Shown: one piece after another, positions 34,733 through 44,885 of the stretch
Position numbering within the stretch: the stretch's first letter is position 1
Layout of the letters: every line of letters begins with the position of its first letter
Source of the DNA: Pseudomonadota bacterium
Lineage (GTDB): Bacteria; Desulfobacterota; Desulfomonilia; Desulfomonilales; Desulfomonilaceae
Assembly (NCBI GenBank): GCA_043806215.1
Contig: JAZDHD010000402.1
Location: 3,661-67,660, forward strand
Reading direction: 5' to 3'
Length of the DNA stretch: 64,000 bases
Notes under the pieces: model-generated
What the model was told of the DNA's origin: nothing
The model's input: only the letters and a program-made list of their open reading frames with translations
Databases searched by the model: none
Made by a program: the position numbers and the translations under genes

Positions 34733-36607
34733 ATGCATGGTATCCGTTCGATAAGAACTTACATCGTCCGCCGAATGCCGATCATTGAATGGTTTCCCCA
34801 ATACCGAAAGGCGTGGTTAAGGCCGGATCTCATGGCCGGCATGACCCTCGCCGCATTCACCATCCCGGAGGCCATAGCGTATGCAGAGCTGGCCGGTCTG
34901 CCGCCCCAGGCAGGCCTCTATGCCTCCATCGTTCCGCCGATGCTCTACACCGTCTTCGGCACGTCCCGCCACCTTGTCATAGGACCCACGGCGGCAATCT
35001 CCGTGCTTCTCGCTTCCGGGTTGGGTGCCCTTGCAGTGAACTCTCCGGAGCAGTATGTAGGTTTGGCCGCGCTCACCGCACTTCTTATCGGCGTGATGGC
35101 CTTCACGGCCTATGCATTGAGACTCGGTTTTCTCGTGAATTACATATCCGAATCGGTCCTCGTGGGATTTGCCACGGGAGCCGGCCTGTATATTGCCTCA
35201 ACCCAGATCGCGAAGCTGTTCGGCATCGCCGGCTCCACGGGTCATTTCTTTGAGAGAATCTCCTATCTTGTCCACCACCTGGGAGCAACCAACCTTTGGG
35301 CTCTGTCGCTGGGGACCGCCGGCCTCGCCCTCATCGTCGTGGGTGAACGTCGCTCTCACAGGCTGCCGTGGCCCCTCATGGTGGTCTTGGGCTCAATCGG
35401 ACTGAGCAGCCTCATGGATCTGGTCGGCCGGGGTGTGCACATCGTAGGGGATATCCCGGAGGGCTTGCCTGATCTCAGCCCCCCTGCGTTCGTGCTCGGC
35501 GATCTGCCCGACATCATGGTCCTGGCCGCGGCGGCGTTTCTGCTCTCCTACCTCGAGGGCATGAGCATGGTACGGACCTTTGCCGCGAAACACCGGTACC
35601 GGACCGATTCCAACCAGGAACTCCTCGCGTTGGGGTTTGCAAGTCTCGGAGCGGCCTTCACCCAATCTTATCCCGTCGCGGGGAGTTTCTCGAGGACTGC
35701 CTTGAACGATGCCGCGGGTGCAAAGACTCAGCTCGCCAATGGGATATGCGGTGTTTTCATTGCCCTCGTGGTCATGTTCCTCACGGGTCTGTTCACCTAC
35801 CTACCCGAACCGATCCTGGCGGCGGTGGTCCTCGTAGCGGTACGCGGTCTGGTGAAGTTCCCCGAGTTGCGGAAGCTCTATGCCCTGAGACGTGCCGAAT
35901 TCTGGCCTGCAATGGGGGCTCTTATTGCAGTGTTGCTGCTCGGAATTCTCGAAGGTGTGGTCATTGGAGCACTCATCTCGCTCCTCATAGTCATTGGACG
36001 TGCCTCGGAACCACGTATAAGCGTTCTTGGGAAAATACCCGGCGAACCGCAGTTTGCCGATGTCCGCGACAACCCGGAAAACATTACCGTCCCGGGCCTC
36101 CTGATCGTCCGGATAGACGAAGGGATATTCTATGCCAACGCAGAGGCCATCCGCGACAAGATCGTCAATCTTGTCCGGGAGAGCGGTCAACCGGTGCAGA
36201 CCGTGGTTCTGGACTTGGAGATGACCGGTGATTTGGACTTGGCCGGGGCCCATATGCTTGCCGACCTGCGGCGGGAGTTGTCCGATCCGGGCGTTCACAT
36301 GCGGCTGAGCCGGGTCCAACCCGCGGCCCGCATCCTGTTGGAACGCACAGGGGTCTTGGCTCAAATCGGAGAGGACAACATTCACCCGCGCACTCTCTTC
36401 GCCGTAGCGGCATATCTCACGGGCGAGGGAGTGAGCGGCCGCATGGCATTCGACATTCTGCCGGACCTGGTCCGATGCGTGAAGGAACTGGTCGGCGCCC
36501 GTGTGGACCGGTGCGAAGGTGATGAACGAGACCGGCTGGAGACCATTTCCCGTCAACTGGAAACCATTCTCCAAGAACTGGAAGACATGTGCGGGGTACC
36601 GTCGTGA
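34733..36607 (+). CDS. SulP family anion permease with C-terminal STAS domain
   Basis: ATG at 34733 has GAGG upstream (34691 and 34775 are also possible starts). AGMTLAAFTIPEAIAYAELAGLPPQAGLYAS, multiple TM segments and a STAS-like C-terminus. Confidence 0.88.
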   Translation: MHGIRSIRTYIVRRMPIIEWFPQYRKAWLRPDLMAGMTLAAFTIPEAIAYAELAGLPPQAGLYASIVPPMLYTVFGTSRHLVIGPTAAISVLLASGLGALAVNSPEQYVGLAALTALLIGVMAFTAYALRLGFLVNYISESVLVGFATGAGLYIASTQIAKLFGIAGSTGHFFERISYLVHHLGATNLWALSLGTAGLALIVVGERRSHRLPWPLMVVLGSIGLSSLMDLVGRGVHIVGDIPEGLPDLSPPAFVLGDLPDIMVLAAAAFLLSYLEGMSMVRTFAAKHRYRTDSNQELLALGFASLGAAFTQSYPVAGSFSRTALNDAAGAKTQLANGICGVFIALVVMFLTGLFTYLPEPILAAVVLVAVRGLVKFPELRKLYALRRAEFWPAMGALIAVLLLGILEGVVIGALISLLIVIGRASEPRISVLGKIPGEPQFADVRDNPENITVPGLLIVRIDEGIFYANAEAIRDKIVNLVRESGQPVQTVVLDLEMTGDLDLAGAHMLADLRRELSDPGVHMRLSRVQPAARILLERTGVLAQIGEDNIHPRTLFAVAAYLTGEGVSGRMAFDILPDLVRCVKELVGARVDRCEGDERDRLETISRQLETILQELEDMCGVPS

Positions 36608-36609
36608 GG

Positions 36610-37330
36610 AGGCGGTCCTTGTCCGCAGTTGAGGCTCCCGAGCCCCGACAGGGGCGGCCGAATGTATCACATCACACAACTCATTGGATGCACACAGTTT
36701 TCGGGCTTCGTAAGTCCGCGATCTTGATGTGCTGAAGGCACTTAGGAATTTAGCCGGGGGATTAATCCCCCGGAAGAACGGGATAAAGCGAGCAGGATTT
36801 CCGTCCCGAAGGGACGGCGCACGTGGACGCATTCACAATGGAGAGCATTCCGGCGTCCCTTCAGAAAGCGTTGTGAATGTTCGGCCGCCAAGGCTTCCGG
36901 GCCTTGAAAGGCCCGGCTAGCATCGCGTGCCCCTCCGGGACGTTAAGGCTCCCGAGCCTCGACAAGGGCGGCCGAATGTAAGCCGGCATGGGCACCCACA
37001 GGGGGGCGCCCCTACACCATGCCGCCGTCTTGCTGCCGAAGCCCCCCCCCATGGCCGCACATCCTCTTCAATGGGACCCAGCGCCTCGCTAGGTCGTCTT
37101 CCTTCCGTCATCCCGGCGCGGGCCCGTCCAGGATTCATTCCACAATGGAGGCAGAGCCTCCGGCCAGGCATTCCAAGGCGGAGCCCGGGAACGAGATAGG
37201 TAGGGGCGACCGGTGGTCGCCCGCGGAACGCGGGAATGCCATTCGCCCGTTGTGTGTTAATACCAGGTACTGATTTCACCGCGGGCACGGCACGCCGTGC
37301 CCCTACACCGTGGCGGCGAACGGAGGCCGG
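36610..37330. repeat. Mosaic GC-rich intergenic repeat block (about 720 bp) between convergent genes
   Basis: Holds inverted copies of the 16868-16950 modules, CCCACAGGGGGGCGCCCCTACA, GGTAGGGGCGACCGGTGGTCGCCCGCGGAACGCGGGAATGCC and CCAGGCATTCCAAGGCGGAGCCCGGGAACGAG. Confidence 0.85.
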
Positions 37331-37354
37331 CGCCCCGGTCCCCGCTCGTCCGGT

Positions 37355-38566
37355 CTATCCCACCTTGAAGATCATGGATGCGCCGGTATCGCCGGCCGCA
37401 CAACCGGTCCAGAGGCAATATCCTCCGCCCAGATCCACCATCTCCTCCAACATCTCCGCGATGATCCTCCCCGCGGTGGGCGCCTGGGGATGGCCGTAGA
37501 TCAAAGAACATCCGTAGTTGTTCATCTGCATCACATCGATGCCGAGTTTCTTGGCGAAATTGACGTCATTGACGGCAAAAGGGTTATGGCTCTTGATGGC
37601 CTTCATTTCCGTTATCTTCATGCCCGCATTGGCAAGTGCCATTTCCGCCGCGGGTACCGGCGCTGCGGCCATGAGGCCCGGCCCGACCCGTGAAAAGCCG
37701 TAGGAGACGATTTGGATCTCCACGGCGGGATTTGTGCTCAACTCTTTTGCCTTGTCACGGGTGGTGACGATGAAACCGCAGTTCCCGTCCGCGGGAAAAG
37801 TCTGGGCCCCGAAGCTGTGGACGCCTCCCGGCTCCACCGGTCTCAGCTTTGCCAGCCCCTCCGCGTTGGTGGCGGTTACTCCCTCATCCTCCTCGATAAG
37901 TTTGGTCTTCTTCCTGCTGAGCCTCACCTCTACGGGGAACATGTAGCGCTTCTGGAAGGCTCGGTCGTTCTCCAAAGACATGAGATACTGCTCGTAGCGG
38001 CGGAGCACCACCGCATCGACTTCCTCCCTGGTGATGCCCGCTTGCTTGGCCACATTCTCCGCGGTCTGGAGCATCTTGAGGGGCGGCTTGACGTTGGGGT
38101 CGGAGTTGATGTTGTCCAGAAACCAGTTCTCGTGTATTACCTCTCCTCCGGGCCCTCCCGGGTTGGGCCATACACTGTGTGCTCCGTTGGAGCACCGGTC
38201 CGTCATGAGGCCGAAGCCCACTTCGAACGCACCCTGTTCAATGGCCAGGGCCGCGAGGTTCAAGATCGTGGTGGAAGTGGAGCAGGCCTGGTGAATGAAC
38301 AGTCCGGCCAGTCCCTTCTGATTGTCCACGAGTATGCCGCCCGACCAGGTGTGCCCATAGAAGAGATGCTTCTGGTGATTCGTGATTCCGAAATAGAGGT
38401 AGTCGATGATTGTCGGGTCGATATTCCTTTTTTCCAGAAACCATTTCCTTGCCGTTTTTCCGCCCAACTCGATGGCGTTCTCATTCTGCATGGACCCCTG
38501 CCAACGGCAGAAGGGCGTCGAATAGTAACCGCCGTACGGGATGTATGCCTTTGAAAAGGTGTTCAT
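37355..38566 (-). CDS. Thiolase-like protein
   Basis: 403 aa. Motifs IHQACSTS, CSLIYGHPQAPTAGR and TGCAAGDTGAS. Confidence 0.8.
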   Translation of the reverse strand: MNTFSKAYIPYGGYYSTPFCRWQGSMQNENAIELGGKTARKWFLEKRNIDPTIIDYLYFGITNHQKHLFYGHTWSGGILVDNQKGLAGLFIHQACSTSTTILNLAALAIEQGAFEVGFGLMTDRCSNGAHSVWPNPGGPGGEVIHENWFLDNINSDPNVKPPLKMLQTAENVAKQAGITREEVDAVVLRRYEQYLMSLENDRAFQKRYMFPVEVRLSRKKTKLIEEDEGVTATNAEGLAKLRPVEPGGVHSFGAQTFPADGNCGFIVTTRDKAKELSTNPAVEIQIVSYGFSRVGPGLMAAAPVPAAEMALANAGMKITEMKAIKSHNPFAVNDVNFAKKLGIDVMQMNNYGCSLIYGHPQAPTAGRIIAEMLEEMVDLGGGYCLWTGCAAGDTGASMIFKVG

Positions 38567-38632
38567 GAAACTTGTCTCCTATGAGTCTTGGTTGAGGATG
38601 TTTTCATCCTGCAATGGGGTTGTCCGCACTGC

Positions 38633-39394
38633 CTAGAACACGAACAGGTCGAGACCGCCCATCATGTTCATGATGGATCCCGTCATATAGGCTGCGCTGT
38701 CCGAGCACAAATACGCTATGGCGTCGGCGATTTCCGTAGTGGTTGCGGGTCTCCGGAAGGCCGTCTTCTTTTCAACGGCCTGGCGGACCGGCTCGGGGAG
38801 GCCTTCATAGCTGTCGGTGGCACATATGCCGATGAGCACGCAGTTTGCCGTGATGTTGAACCGTGCACCTTCCAGGGCGGCAGATTTGGCAAGCGCTATG
38901 AGACCGGCCTTGGCGGCACCATAACTTGACTGCCCCGCACCGCCCAACACTCCGGCCACCGACGACATGTTTACGATACGGCCCCACTTCTTGGCGCACA
39001 TGTCCGGCCATGCCTGCTTGATGCAATAGAATGCGGAATTGAGACAAAGCTTCACTTCATAGTCCCATTCTTCCACAGTGGTCTTGGCAATGCTTATGTT
39101 GTGCCCCATGAGCGCCGCATTGTTTACCAGGATATCGACGGACCCGATCTCCTGCTTGATGGCGGCGAAGCCTTTTGCAACATCCTCGGCATCAGTCGCA
39201 TCCATCCGGACGGCAAGAGCCTTTCTGCCCATTGCCCTGATTTCTTCCGCGAGGGCCTCGACCCCTTCCATGTGATTAAAGCCCGTTACCGCCACATCCG
39301 CTCCCTGCCTTGCCAGCGTAAGGGCGGCGTGCCTCCCGACGCCTTTCGGCATGGAAGCGCCTGTTACCAATGCAAGCTTTCCGTCCAACGACAT
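38633..39394 (-). CDS. Short-chain dehydrogenase/reductase (3-oxoacyl reductase-like)
   Basis: LVTGAS..GVG dinucleotide motif, NNAA, and SSYGAAK (the catalytic YxxxK). Confidence 0.88.
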   Translation of the reverse strand: MSLDGKLALVTGASMPKGVGRHAALTLARQGADVAVTGFNHMEGVEALAEEIRAMGRKALAVRMDATDAEDVAKGFAAIKQEIGSVDILVNNAALMGHNISIAKTTVEEWDYEVKLCLNSAFYCIKQAWPDMCAKKWGRIVNMSSVAGVLGGAGQSSYGAAKAGLIALAKSAALEGARFNITANCVLIGICATDSYEGLPEPVRQAVEKKTAFRRPATTTEIADAIAYLCSDSAAYMTGSIMNMMGGLDLFVF

Positions 39395-39759
39395 GACTTC
39401 CTCCTGTGTGATAATGTTGATGACGAATGCGTACGCCGCCGGGATAACGGGTCTGCTCGAATGCTTTCTCCCGTTCCCTTACGGCCGTCTGAACGTTTCA
39501 AATGGATGTCCCGCAGGACACCGTGTGAAGCGGATGAAGATACTCCAAGCGGTTGAGGCGGATGCGGCCCACGGGGCACACCTCCGGCGGTCCGGCCCGA
39601 CCCGGGATTTAAATCCATGGATAGGAGAACGGAATAGAGAAGAGGTTTGCCCGGTTACGGATCCCAAGACCGCAACCGGTTGCGCAAAACCGCTGCAACG
39701 TTCAAGTTGAACGAGTATCCTGAATTACGGTTACGTTTCCTTCTCCCGCGTAGTACCGG

Positions 39760-40245
39760 TTACGATCCGGAACCGGCCAGTTGCTTTCCTTTGCGGACAA
39801 CCTGCTTGAGAACCTCCAGGATCTCTTCCTTCCGTTCCGGCGGACAGGTCTCCAGGTATTCGGCAACGTGCGGTATCTGAATCCTTACTATTTCTTCAAG
39901 TGCCTTCAAACCGACCGGAGTGATTTGGAGCATGGTGAGACGTTCGTCCCTATCGTCGCTCTTTCTTTCTATGAGACCGGCCCTCTCCATCCGTTTGGCG
40001 AGTCCGGTCACACTCGCGCCCGTGACCAGCATATGCCTGCTGACATTGCCGGACGTGTCCTTACCCAATTCGCATGAAGCCAAATACTTGAGGAGATTGT
40101 AATGTGAAAAAGTCAGTCCGTGCCGGCGAAAGATCGCCGAAGAACGCTTCTTGAACAGTTCCGAAGCCATTACAATGAAGATCATGACCTTTTCGTCCAA
40201 GGTCATGTCGATTTCTCGTTTTGCTTTCAGCATGTATTCCTTCAT
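39760..40245 (-). CDS. MarR family transcriptional regulator
   Basis: 161 aa. LTFSHYNLLKYL...ASVTGLAKRMERAGLIERKSDDRDER. Confidence 0.85.
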   Translation of the reverse strand: MKEYMLKAKREIDMTLDEKVMIFIVMASELFKKRSSAIFRRHGLTFSHYNLLKYLASCELGKDTSGNVSRHMLVTGASVTGLAKRMERAGLIERKSDDRDERLTMLQITPVGLKALEEIVRIQIPHVAEYLETCPPERKEEILEVLKQVVRKGKQLAGSGS

Positions 40246-40286
40246 GCGAGTGTGCAGATCACTCCAAAGCGGCCGTTATTGGACAT

Positions 40287-40309
40287 GTAAACTATTTACT
40301 AGTAAACTA
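40287..40309. promoter_or_regulatory. Operator-like motif: direct GTAAACTA repeats flanking the perfect palindrome TTTACTAGTAAA
   Basis: GTAAACTA at 40287-40294 and 40302-40309; palindrome at 40295-40306. Lies in the divergent region between the MarR and methyltransferase genes, next to a TTGACA on the minus strand (40317-40322). Confidence 0.4.
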
Positions 40310-40449
40310 ATTTCCTTGTCAAGCACTTTTCGACATTAACTACGCGTTGCGGGACCGAAAAACCTCCCAACCGTCTTCTAACCCGCCCTTAGCACGCACC
40401 TAACCTGAGAGGAAATAATGGTGTGCATGTGTCTCTCGGGAGTCAAACG

Positions 40450-41226
40450 ATGAAATTGAAGAGAATTTGGAAGAGTGCTGCGCAGGAGTCATCGCTTTTC
40501 GCCGGCTCGGAAGCGGCGGTCCTGGATTGCGGCACAACCGACTTCAGCCTCAACGGCCGCATGTTAAAGGACATTCTGGTTCACGCCAAGCCCTTGGGCC
40601 ATAATCAGAAACGACGCAACCACAATCTCGGGTTCGGGTTCATCTACTACGGCGTGGTCCGTGCGATCCGTCCGAAACACACGGTGGTCATCGGATCCGG
40701 TTACGGATTCAGCGTTGTCTGCCTGGCGCTGGCCATAAGGGACAACGGCGCGGGGCGCCTCAGCTTCGTCGATCCGGCCTATTCTCTCATCAAGGACGGT
40801 CCCGGCAAGACGGTGGGCGGACGGGGGACGTGGAAGGACCCGGAAACGGTCACGAACCATTTCAGGCGATTCGGCGTGGACGACGTGGTAACGCATTACA
40901 GGTTCAGAAGCGACCAGTTCTTTCCCGAGTACGAAAGGCTCCAATTACCTCCGATCGACCTGGCCTTTATAGACGGATCGCATACCTATGAAAACGTCCG
41001 ATACGATTTCCTCGAGGCACTCCGGAGGTCCCGCAAGAACACCTATTTCTTCCTCCACGACACGAATATCTACGTCCGGGAAGCGATACGGAATGCGGGC
41101 GTGAAGAAGTGGTTGGACATTATCAAGAAGGAAGACAAGGCTTTCGAGGTCGTCAACTTTCCCTTCTCTTCCGGAGTGGCACTCATTCGCATTGTGGACC
41201 CGAGCATATGGAAGCGATTTCAGTAA
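40450..41226 (+). CDS. Class I SAM-dependent methyltransferase (Methyltransf_24 / CmcI-like)
   Basis: ATG at 40450 has GGGAG 7 nt upstream. VVIGSGYGFS glycine-rich motif and AFIDGSHTYENV. Confidence 0.65.
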   Translation: MKLKRIWKSAAQESSLFAGSEAAVLDCGTTDFSLNGRMLKDILVHAKPLGHNQKRRNHNLGFGFIYYGVVRAIRPKHTVVIGSGYGFSVVCLALAIRDNGAGRLSFVDPAYSLIKDGPGKTVGGRGTWKDPETVTNHFRRFGVDDVVTHYRFRSDQFFPEYERLQLPPIDLAFIDGSHTYENVRYDFLEALRRSRKNTYFFLHDTNIYVREAIRNAGVKKWLDIIKKEDKAFEVVNFPFSSGVALIRIVDPSIWKRFQ

Positions 41227-41909
41227 TCGGCATTTTCGCTGCGCTCTGTGTGGTGCTCGCCGGAGCATTTCTGTTTTGGCGCAAGGTGTGGTTCTTCAGA
41301 AATCCTCCCCGGCGGATTCCCGAGGGAGAGAATATCGTGAGCCCCGCGGACGGAACCGTGGTCTATGTGGAGAAACTGGAACCGGGACGCGAAGTGATCT
41401 CCGTGAAGAGCGGAACCGAAATCACGATAGAGGACATTGTGCGGGAAGATGTGGAGTTGCCCAAGCTGTTGATTGGCGTATTCATGAGTCCGTTTGACGT
41501 CCACTACAACCGCGCCCCCCTGGCCTCGGTCGTGGAAGAAATACGTCATCATCCGGCGAAAAAACGGAACATCGACATGCGGCCGATGCATATTCGGACG
41601 TTGTTCAACATCCACCCATTGTATTGGAACAGCATGCACCTTATCCAAAACGAGCGGACGGTGACCCGCATGTCCGGGTCGTTCAAGGGCCGCCCCATAA
41701 CCTTTTACGTGGTGCAGATTGCCGGCGGTCACGTGAGGGGTATCGACAGTTATTTCTCCCGGCAAGGCCGTCCGGCCAAAGGAGAAATATTCGGCATGAT
41801 CAGGATCGGGTCGCAGGTTGACCTGGTTCTTCCATTGTTGCCCGACATGAACGTTAGAGTCGGTCCCGGAGACAGGGTAAAGGCCGGAGAGACGATCTTC
41901 GTCGATTGA
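41208..41909 (+). CDS. Phosphatidylserine decarboxylase-related protein (short, membrane-anchored form)
   Basis: ORF trimmed to the ATG at 41208. N-terminal TM segment, FMSPFDVHYNRAP, and GMIRIGSQVD (G-S self-cleavage type site). Confidence 0.7.
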   Translation: MEAISVIGIFAALCVVLAGAFLFWRKVWFFRNPPRRIPEGENIVSPADGTVVYVEKLEPGREVISVKSGTEITIEDIVREDVELPKLLIGVFMSPFDVHYNRAPLASVVEEIRHHPAKKRNIDMRPMHIRTLFNIHPLYWNSMHLIQNERTVTRMSGSFKGRPITFYVVQIAGGHVRGIDSYFSRQGRPAKGEIFGMIRIGSQVDLVLPLLPDMNVRVGPGDRVKAGETIFVD

Positions 41910-41951
41910 CGGCCCGGACCAACGACGGATTCTTCACTGGAGGAAGAAATC

Positions 41952-44438
41952 ATGAAGGCGGATCTTCACGTCCACTCGGAGTTCTCCAAGAGGCCCTCGG
42001 AATGGATACTCAAGAAGTTGGACTGTCCCGAAAGCTTCACGCCGCCGGCCGGTTTATACAAGATCCTGCGTGAACGGGGCATGTCAATGGTCACGGTCAC
42101 GGATCACAACTCCATAGAGGGCTGCATGGAAATCGCTCACCTTCCGGGAGTCTTCATCAGTGAAGAAGTGACGACCTACTTCCCTGAGGACCGGTGCAAA
42201 CTGCATGTTCTCGTCTGGGATATCGACGAGAACATCCACAAGGATTTGCAGGAAGTCCGCGGGAATGTGTACGAGATGGTCCGCTACCTTAATGAACGAT
42301 GCATAACCCACGGATTGGCCCATCCGCTCTACAGCATCAACCGGAAGCTCACTCCCGACCATTTCGAAAAGAGTCTTCTCCTGTTCAAGAATTTCGAGAT
42401 CAACGGCGCCCGCAGCGATGAACAGAACAGGCAACTTGAACTGATCCTTTCCATGCTGGACCGTGAAGTGCTGGACATGCTTCAGGAGAAACACGATCTT
42501 CCGGCGATTCACGAATTCCCTTGGAAGAAGAACTTGACGGGCGGATCCGACGACCACAGCGGGCTCACCCCCGGACGTGTATGCACGGCCGTGGAGGGAT
42601 CTCATACCTTGAAGGAATTCCTGCAAGGGATCGAGAACCATGAGGCGCGGGTTCACGGCCACGCCTCGTCTCCCCAGGCGCTCGCTCACAATCTCTACAG
42701 CATCGCGTACCAGTATTATGCACACAAGTTCCAGCTCGCCGGCAGGGCTCACAATGATGTGGCCATGGGGTTTCTCGAACGTTTCCTTGTCCCGGGGGAA
42801 ACCCGTCAACCGACCTGGCGGGCCCTGGTGAATTCGTATCTCATTCACAGGAAATCCGTAAGGGGCGAATCGGCCGGGGTAACGAAAATTCTCGAAATGA
42901 TCAGACGGGAGGCCAACGAACTGATCCGTGACGATCCTCAGCTCAAGGAAATACTTTACGGCCGGAACGGGGAAGGCCGGGATATGGAGCAGGAGTGGTT
43001 CAGATTCGTCAACACCGTGTCGAACAAAGTGCTGTGTCATTTTGCCGATCATGTCATGGACTGTCTCGCCGGTGCCCATTTGCTCAACCTGTTCAATTCC
43101 CTGGGATCGGCAGCAGGCCTCTACGCACTCCTCGCGCCGTATTTCATCTCATTTTCGGTCTTTTCTCAGGGGCGCAGTCTTGCGGACAAGGTATTCAAGA
43201 ACTTCGTGCAGCCTACCTGGGCCGAGTCGTCCGATTGTTCCCAAGTGAAAGTGGCCCACTTCACCGACACCTTCTATGAAATCAACGGAGTGACGTGGAC
43301 TCTCAAACGTCAGTTGCAGCACGCTCAAAGCGCCGGCAGGCACTACACTATTCTTACCTGCGACGCGGAGAACGCTTCCGTCCTCAAGGGAGTCCGGAAC
43401 TTCAAGCCCATCAGAACCTACGAACTGTCGGTCTATCCGGAACAGAAGCTTTTCTATCCCCCGTTCCTGGAAATGCTGAATTACTGTTACCAGGAAGGGT
43501 TTACCCACATCCATTCCGCAACCCCGGGTCCCTTGGGGCTGGCGGCCCTTGCAATCGCCGGAATACTCAAGCTCCCCCTCGTTGGAACCTATCACACGGC
43601 CATACCCCAGTATGCCCAGTATCTCACGGAAGATCCGGGAGTTGCCGATATCGTGTGGTCATACATCCTGTGGTACTATGATCAGATGGATTTCGTGTAC
43701 GCTCCGTCCGCGAGTACCGCCAAGGAGTTGGTCGAAAAGGGAATCAACAGCCGGAAAATCCGGATGTTTCCACGCGGCGTCGATACGGACCTTTTCCATC
43801 CTTCTCACAAAAATGGAAGTCTGGACTCACTCTGCCCCCCGGAGAACGGATGGAGACTCCTTTATGTCGGACGGGTATCCAAGGAGAAGAATCTCTCGTT
43901 GCTCGTCAACGTGTTCAAGTCGCTGTGCCGGTCGGCAGGCAATGTCAATCTCATCGTAGTGGGGGACGGACCTTACCGGGAAGAAATGCAGCAAGAGTTG
44001 GCAGGGACGCCGGCCGTTTTCACGGGATACCTGGAAGGAGAAGGATTGGCGTCGGCTTTCGCTTCCTGCGATCTGTTCATTTTCCCCAGCACCACCGACA
44101 CGTTCGGGAACGTCGTCCTGGAGGCTCAAGCGTCGGGGTTGCCGGTCATCGTAACCGATTGCGGAGGTCCCCGGGAGAATGTCATCGTCGGCGAAACAGG
44201 GTTGATTGTGAAAGGAGACGATGAGGAGAGTTTCCTGGAGGGAATCCGGCATCTATTGGAACGGCCCGAAAAGATGAAACGGATGGGAACGGTCGCACGG
44301 GTCTACGCGGAAGGACGCTCTCTTGAAAAGGCCTTCGAGGAAGCTTGGGACCTCTATCGTGAGAGCGGGCCTTCGGAGCGCGGCGATCTTCCCTCGGCCC
44401 CTTTGCCTTTTCCCACAAACGCGGCCAGGACGGCATAG
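41952..44438 (+). CDS. PHP-domain / glycosyltransferase family 1 (GT4) fusion protein
   Basis: N-terminus ADLHVHSEFS...VTVTDHNSIEG (PHP). C-terminus GRVSKEKN...FPSTTDTFGNVVLEAQASGLPVIVTD (GT-B, EX7E). Confidence 0.8.
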   Translation: MKADLHVHSEFSKRPSEWILKKLDCPESFTPPAGLYKILRERGMSMVTVTDHNSIEGCMEIAHLPGVFISEEVTTYFPEDRCKLHVLVWDIDENIHKDLQEVRGNVYEMVRYLNERCITHGLAHPLYSINRKLTPDHFEKSLLLFKNFEINGARSDEQNRQLELILSMLDREVLDMLQEKHDLPAIHEFPWKKNLTGGSDDHSGLTPGRVCTAVEGSHTLKEFLQGIENHEARVHGHASSPQALAHNLYSIAYQYYAHKFQLAGRAHNDVAMGFLERFLVPGETRQPTWRALVNSYLIHRKSVRGESAGVTKILEMIRREANELIRDDPQLKEILYGRNGEGRDMEQEWFRFVNTVSNKVLCHFADHVMDCLAGAHLLNLFNSLGSAAGLYALLAPYFISFSVFSQGRSLADKVFKNFVQPTWAESSDCSQVKVAHFTDTFYEINGVTWTLKRQLQHAQSAGRHYTILTCDAENASVLKGVRNFKPIRTYELSVYPEQKLFYPPFLEMLNYCYQEGFTHIHSATPGPLGLAALAIAGILKLPLVGTYHTAIPQYAQYLTEDPGVADIVWSYILWYYDQMDFVYAPSASTAKELVEKGINSRKIRMFPRGVDTDLFHPSHKNGSLDSLCPPENGWRLLYVGRVSKEKNLSLLVNVFKSLCRSAGNVNLIVVGDGPYREEMQQELAGTPAVFTGYLEGEGLASAFASCDLFIFPSTTDTFGNVVLEAQASGLPVIVTDCGGPRENVIVGETGLIVKGDDEESFLEGIRHLLERPEKMKRMGTVARVYAEGRSLEKAFEEAWDLYRESGPSERGDLPSAPLPFPTNAARTA

Positions 44439-44499
44439 GCTCACGTGGTGGATTTCATGAATTCGGTTACGGAAGACGACCGGCAGGATGCCGGTCCCA

Positions 44500-44885
44500 C
44501 TGAAGAGGGTGTCCCGCCATGGGGGGTCCCTTTCCTTCTCGTTCCCAGGCTCCTGCCTTGGAATGCATGTCCTCCGGGCTCTGCCCGGTCTTGGTGGGAC
44601 TCCCGCGTTCGGCGCGGGATGCCCGTCTTCTTCCGGATCTCATGCAGTGCTTGCCTTCTCGATTTCCGGGCACGGAGGCCCGGGCTACGGAAGAACTCAC
44701 CGACATGCCTCTTGCCTTCGTGGGACTCCCGCGTTCTGCGCGGGATGCCCGTCTCTTCCGGATCTCATGCAGCTGCTTGCCTTCCCGGTTTCCGGGCACG
44801 GAGGCCCGGGCTACGGAAGAACTCACCGACATGACTCTTGCCTTCGTGGGACTCCCGCGTTCTGCGCGGGATGCCCGTCTTCTTC
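44500..44885. repeat. Mosaic repeat block including about 2.3 tandem copies of a 125/126-bp unit (44595, 44720, 44846)
   Basis: The unit GTGGGACTCCCGCGTTC(G/T)GCGCGGGATGCCCGTC...CCGGGCACGGAGGCCCGGGCTACGGAAGAACTCACCGACATG.CTCTTGCCTTC repeats with only a few substitutions. Confidence 0.9.

Noticed and set aside
36917-37288. ORFs inside the 36610-37330 repeat block
   Set aside because: These are Arg/Pro/Gly-rich translations of hairpin modules, overlapping in several frames between two convergent genes.
44595-44885. Possible CRISPR array
   Set aside because: The whole 125-bp unit repeats, with no short constant repeat alternating with unique spacers. No cas genes are present, and the same modules are dispersed singly elsewhere.
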